Source: Utricularia gibba
Lineage: Eukaryota > Plantae > Magnoliophyta
Direction: 5' to 3'
DNA: 64,000 nt
NCBI GenBank assembly: GCA_002189035.1
Contig: CM007991.1
Span: 930,001-994,000, forward strand
Under the pieces are notes generated by a model, which saw nothing but the letters and a program-made list of their open reading frames with translations, did not search any database and was not told the origin of the DNA. The position numbers were made by a program, and so were the translations under genes. Of the stretch, positions 62,091 through 64,000 are shown in pieces (positions within the stretch are counted from its first letter, which is position 1; the number at the start of each line of letters is the position of its first letter).

Positions 62091-63048
62091 ATGGTTCTTA
62101 GGTTCGTTCCGGATCATGTTATTCTCGGTTATGATGTTGATTCGGGCTCTCGATTCCATGGTTTCTAGGGATGTGATTTTCATTGATTCATTTTAGTCGG
62201 TGTAAATGAAGTTCTTTGGTTTTGGGATTGTGAGATAGGGAATTAATGGAGTTCGTGATTCTTAGGACGGAGCTTTGCCGCTTCAGTGGCGCCAAGATAT
62301 ATCCTGGAAAGAGCATAAGATTTATACGTGCAGATCTCTCAGGTGGGCTGCAATGTGACGGCTGAAATTATTGATTTTTCGTGCAAAACTCCATTTCCTT
62401 TACCCGTTGGTGACTGATTTTATTCGGGGTCATGTAGGTTTTCCTGTTTGCGAACTCGAAATGCAAAAAGTATTTTCACAACAGTTTGAGACCTGCCAAC
62501 CTGCCGTGGACAGCTATGTACCGAAAAAAACACAAGAAGGCAAAATCCTTGTGTTCTCGTTTTTTTTTTTTTTTTTGACTCGTGTCAGAGATAGTGAATA
62601 AACTGGCTGAGTGTCATGGGGACTTTTCTAAATGACCGGTCATGAATCTGTGAACTGATACGTAGGATATTGCTGCTGAAGCGGTTAAGAAGAGGCGTAG
62701 AACTACCAAAAAGCCGTGTTCCAGGTCCATTGTTGGTGCCACCTTGGAAGTTATCCAGAAGCGAAGAGCTGAGAAGCCTGAGGTCCGTGATGCTGCTCGA
62801 GAAGCTGCCCCCCGGTATCTCCTGATATTCTGATCGCTGGAAGTATTTGCTCGTGAACCCCCTTACATGGTCTTGTGACTGTTTTCTGTCTCATTGAAAT
62901 CAAGGAGAGGATCAAGAAAACTAAAGACGAGAAGAAACCCAAGAAGGCTGAACTGATCTCCAAGCAGAAGATCACCAAGAGCAACGTCCCTAAAGGTGCA
63001 GCCCCAAAGGGCGGGCCAAAGCTTGGAGGTGGCGGTGGTAAACATTCA
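62091..63048 (+). pseudogene. RPL24: Intron-containing cytosolic ribosomal protein eL24 gene with multiple lesions (pseudogene or low-quality consensus)
   Basis: MVLR|[50 protein letters not shown]. Lesions: extra base near 62336, GC donor at about 62540, last acceptor reads AT instead of AG (62893-62894), stop replaced by TCA. Confidence 0.75.
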
Positions 63049-63446
63049 TTTTTTTCTGCTCTCATTTGCTCTTTCATTCCTGGTTTCTGCTCTCATTTCC
63101 CACGTAGTACTTCTTCCTCTCCTCGTGTGCTGATGATGTCGGGATTGAGCCGCATGATTCTCGTGCGCATTTAAATATATTATTTGTAAACATTTGTATT
63201 CATACAATTATAGAAATAATATTACAGAATTGTAGGGTGGGAGTTGGCCAGAAATTTTGATATTTAGTTTAAATTATTTTTAAAATAAAAAACCTGTAAT
63301 ATGTATTTGCTAAATAATTTCAAAATCTAACATTTAATAATCAATTAATTGATTTTAGAGTTCAAAAATAATATAATTAAGACAAGGTGGATGTGGTCGG
63401 TTATATAACGGGTGGCCGTAGACTGCCTCCAGACACTGGAGCCCCA

Positions 63447-64000
63447 ATGGAGATTGTCACCGTCTTTCTCTTGCTCCTGGTTCCCCTGATCCTACTCCGG
63501 ATTCTCAAACCCCGAGCCGCCCCGGAAACTCCTCCGGGACCGGCGGCGCTTCCGCTCATCGGAAACCTCCACCAGATCGGTGACTACCCACATATGAAGT
63601 TCTGGGAAATGTCTAAAAAGTACGGTCCCCTTGTGTACCTCAAGATCGGCTCTAGGCCAGTGGTCGTAGCCAATTCTGCAGCGATGGCGGAAGTGATCTT
63701 GAAGCATCAGGATTTGGTTTTCTGCAGCCGTACACCTTTTCTCGCTTTCATGAAGCTTTCGTACGGCGGATTGGACTTGGCGTTCTCCCCTTATGACGAG
63801 GGCTGGAGAGAAATGAGGAAGGTCTGTATGACGCATTTGTTGAGCGCCGTCAGAGTTCGATCCTTCCGCCATATCCGCCAAGGTACCCTTCGCGCTGTGT
63901 GCTCTGTTTCTTACAGTATGAATTGGGGGGAAAACTTCACTTGGTCCAACAATTGGATTACTGAACAAAACCAATGTTATACATCCTCATTCATTCTTCA
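63447..64000 (+). CDS. Cytochrome P450, CYP71 clan (CYP71AT/CYP83-like); 5' portion only, runs off the window
   Basis: Membrane anchor, PPGP hinge, LPLIGNLHQI, KKYGPL, DLAFSPY..WREMRK; probable GT donor after IRQ at about 63882. Confidence 0.9.
   Translation, partial: MEIVTVFLLLLVPLILLRILKPRAAPETPPGPAALPLIGNLHQIGDYPHMKFWEMSKKYGPLVYLKIGSRPVVVANSAAMAEVILKHQDLVFCSRTPFLAFMKLSYGGLDLAFSPYDEGWREMRKVCMTHLLSAVRVRSFRHIRQGTLRAVCSVSYSMNWGENFTWSNNWITEQNQCYTSSFIL

Overview
Gene-dense plant (angiosperm, probably eudicot) nuclear DNA with about 20 loci in 64 kb and mostly short (70-110 bp) GT-AG introns; the species cannot be determined from the sequence alone. Left to right: SAC phosphoinositide phosphatase (-), PMEI-pectin methylesterase (-), FYVE-ankyrin protein (-), PP2C (+), PEX-type LRR-extensin (-), mitochondrial uS17 (-), starch synthase VI-like (-), TruA-family pseudouridine synthase (+), USP-domain receptor-like cytoplasmic kinase (+), PPR protein (-). 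Then comes an unstable 37-54 kb block where class I HKT Na+ transporters are interleaved with GT37 fucosyltransferases: HKT-A(+), HKT relic(-), FUT-1(+), HKT-B(-), FUT-2(+), FUT-3 pseudogene(+). After it lie complex I B15/NDUFB4 (+), SAUR (+), XTH (-), a degenerate RPL24 (+) and the 5' end of a CYP71-clan P450 (+). Six unrelated genes each carry a single-base deletion in a G/C run, which points to uncorrected long-read homopolymer errors rather than pseudogenisation. The most interesting candidates are in the HKT/FUT block: co-duplicated HKT-FUT units, FUTs with altered acceptor-site residues, the same anchor/catalytic frame break in all three FUTs, an apparently gained HKT intron bounded by a direct repeat, and microhomology-joined deletion relics. 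No CRISPR array, rRNA, tRNA or intact transposon was found.
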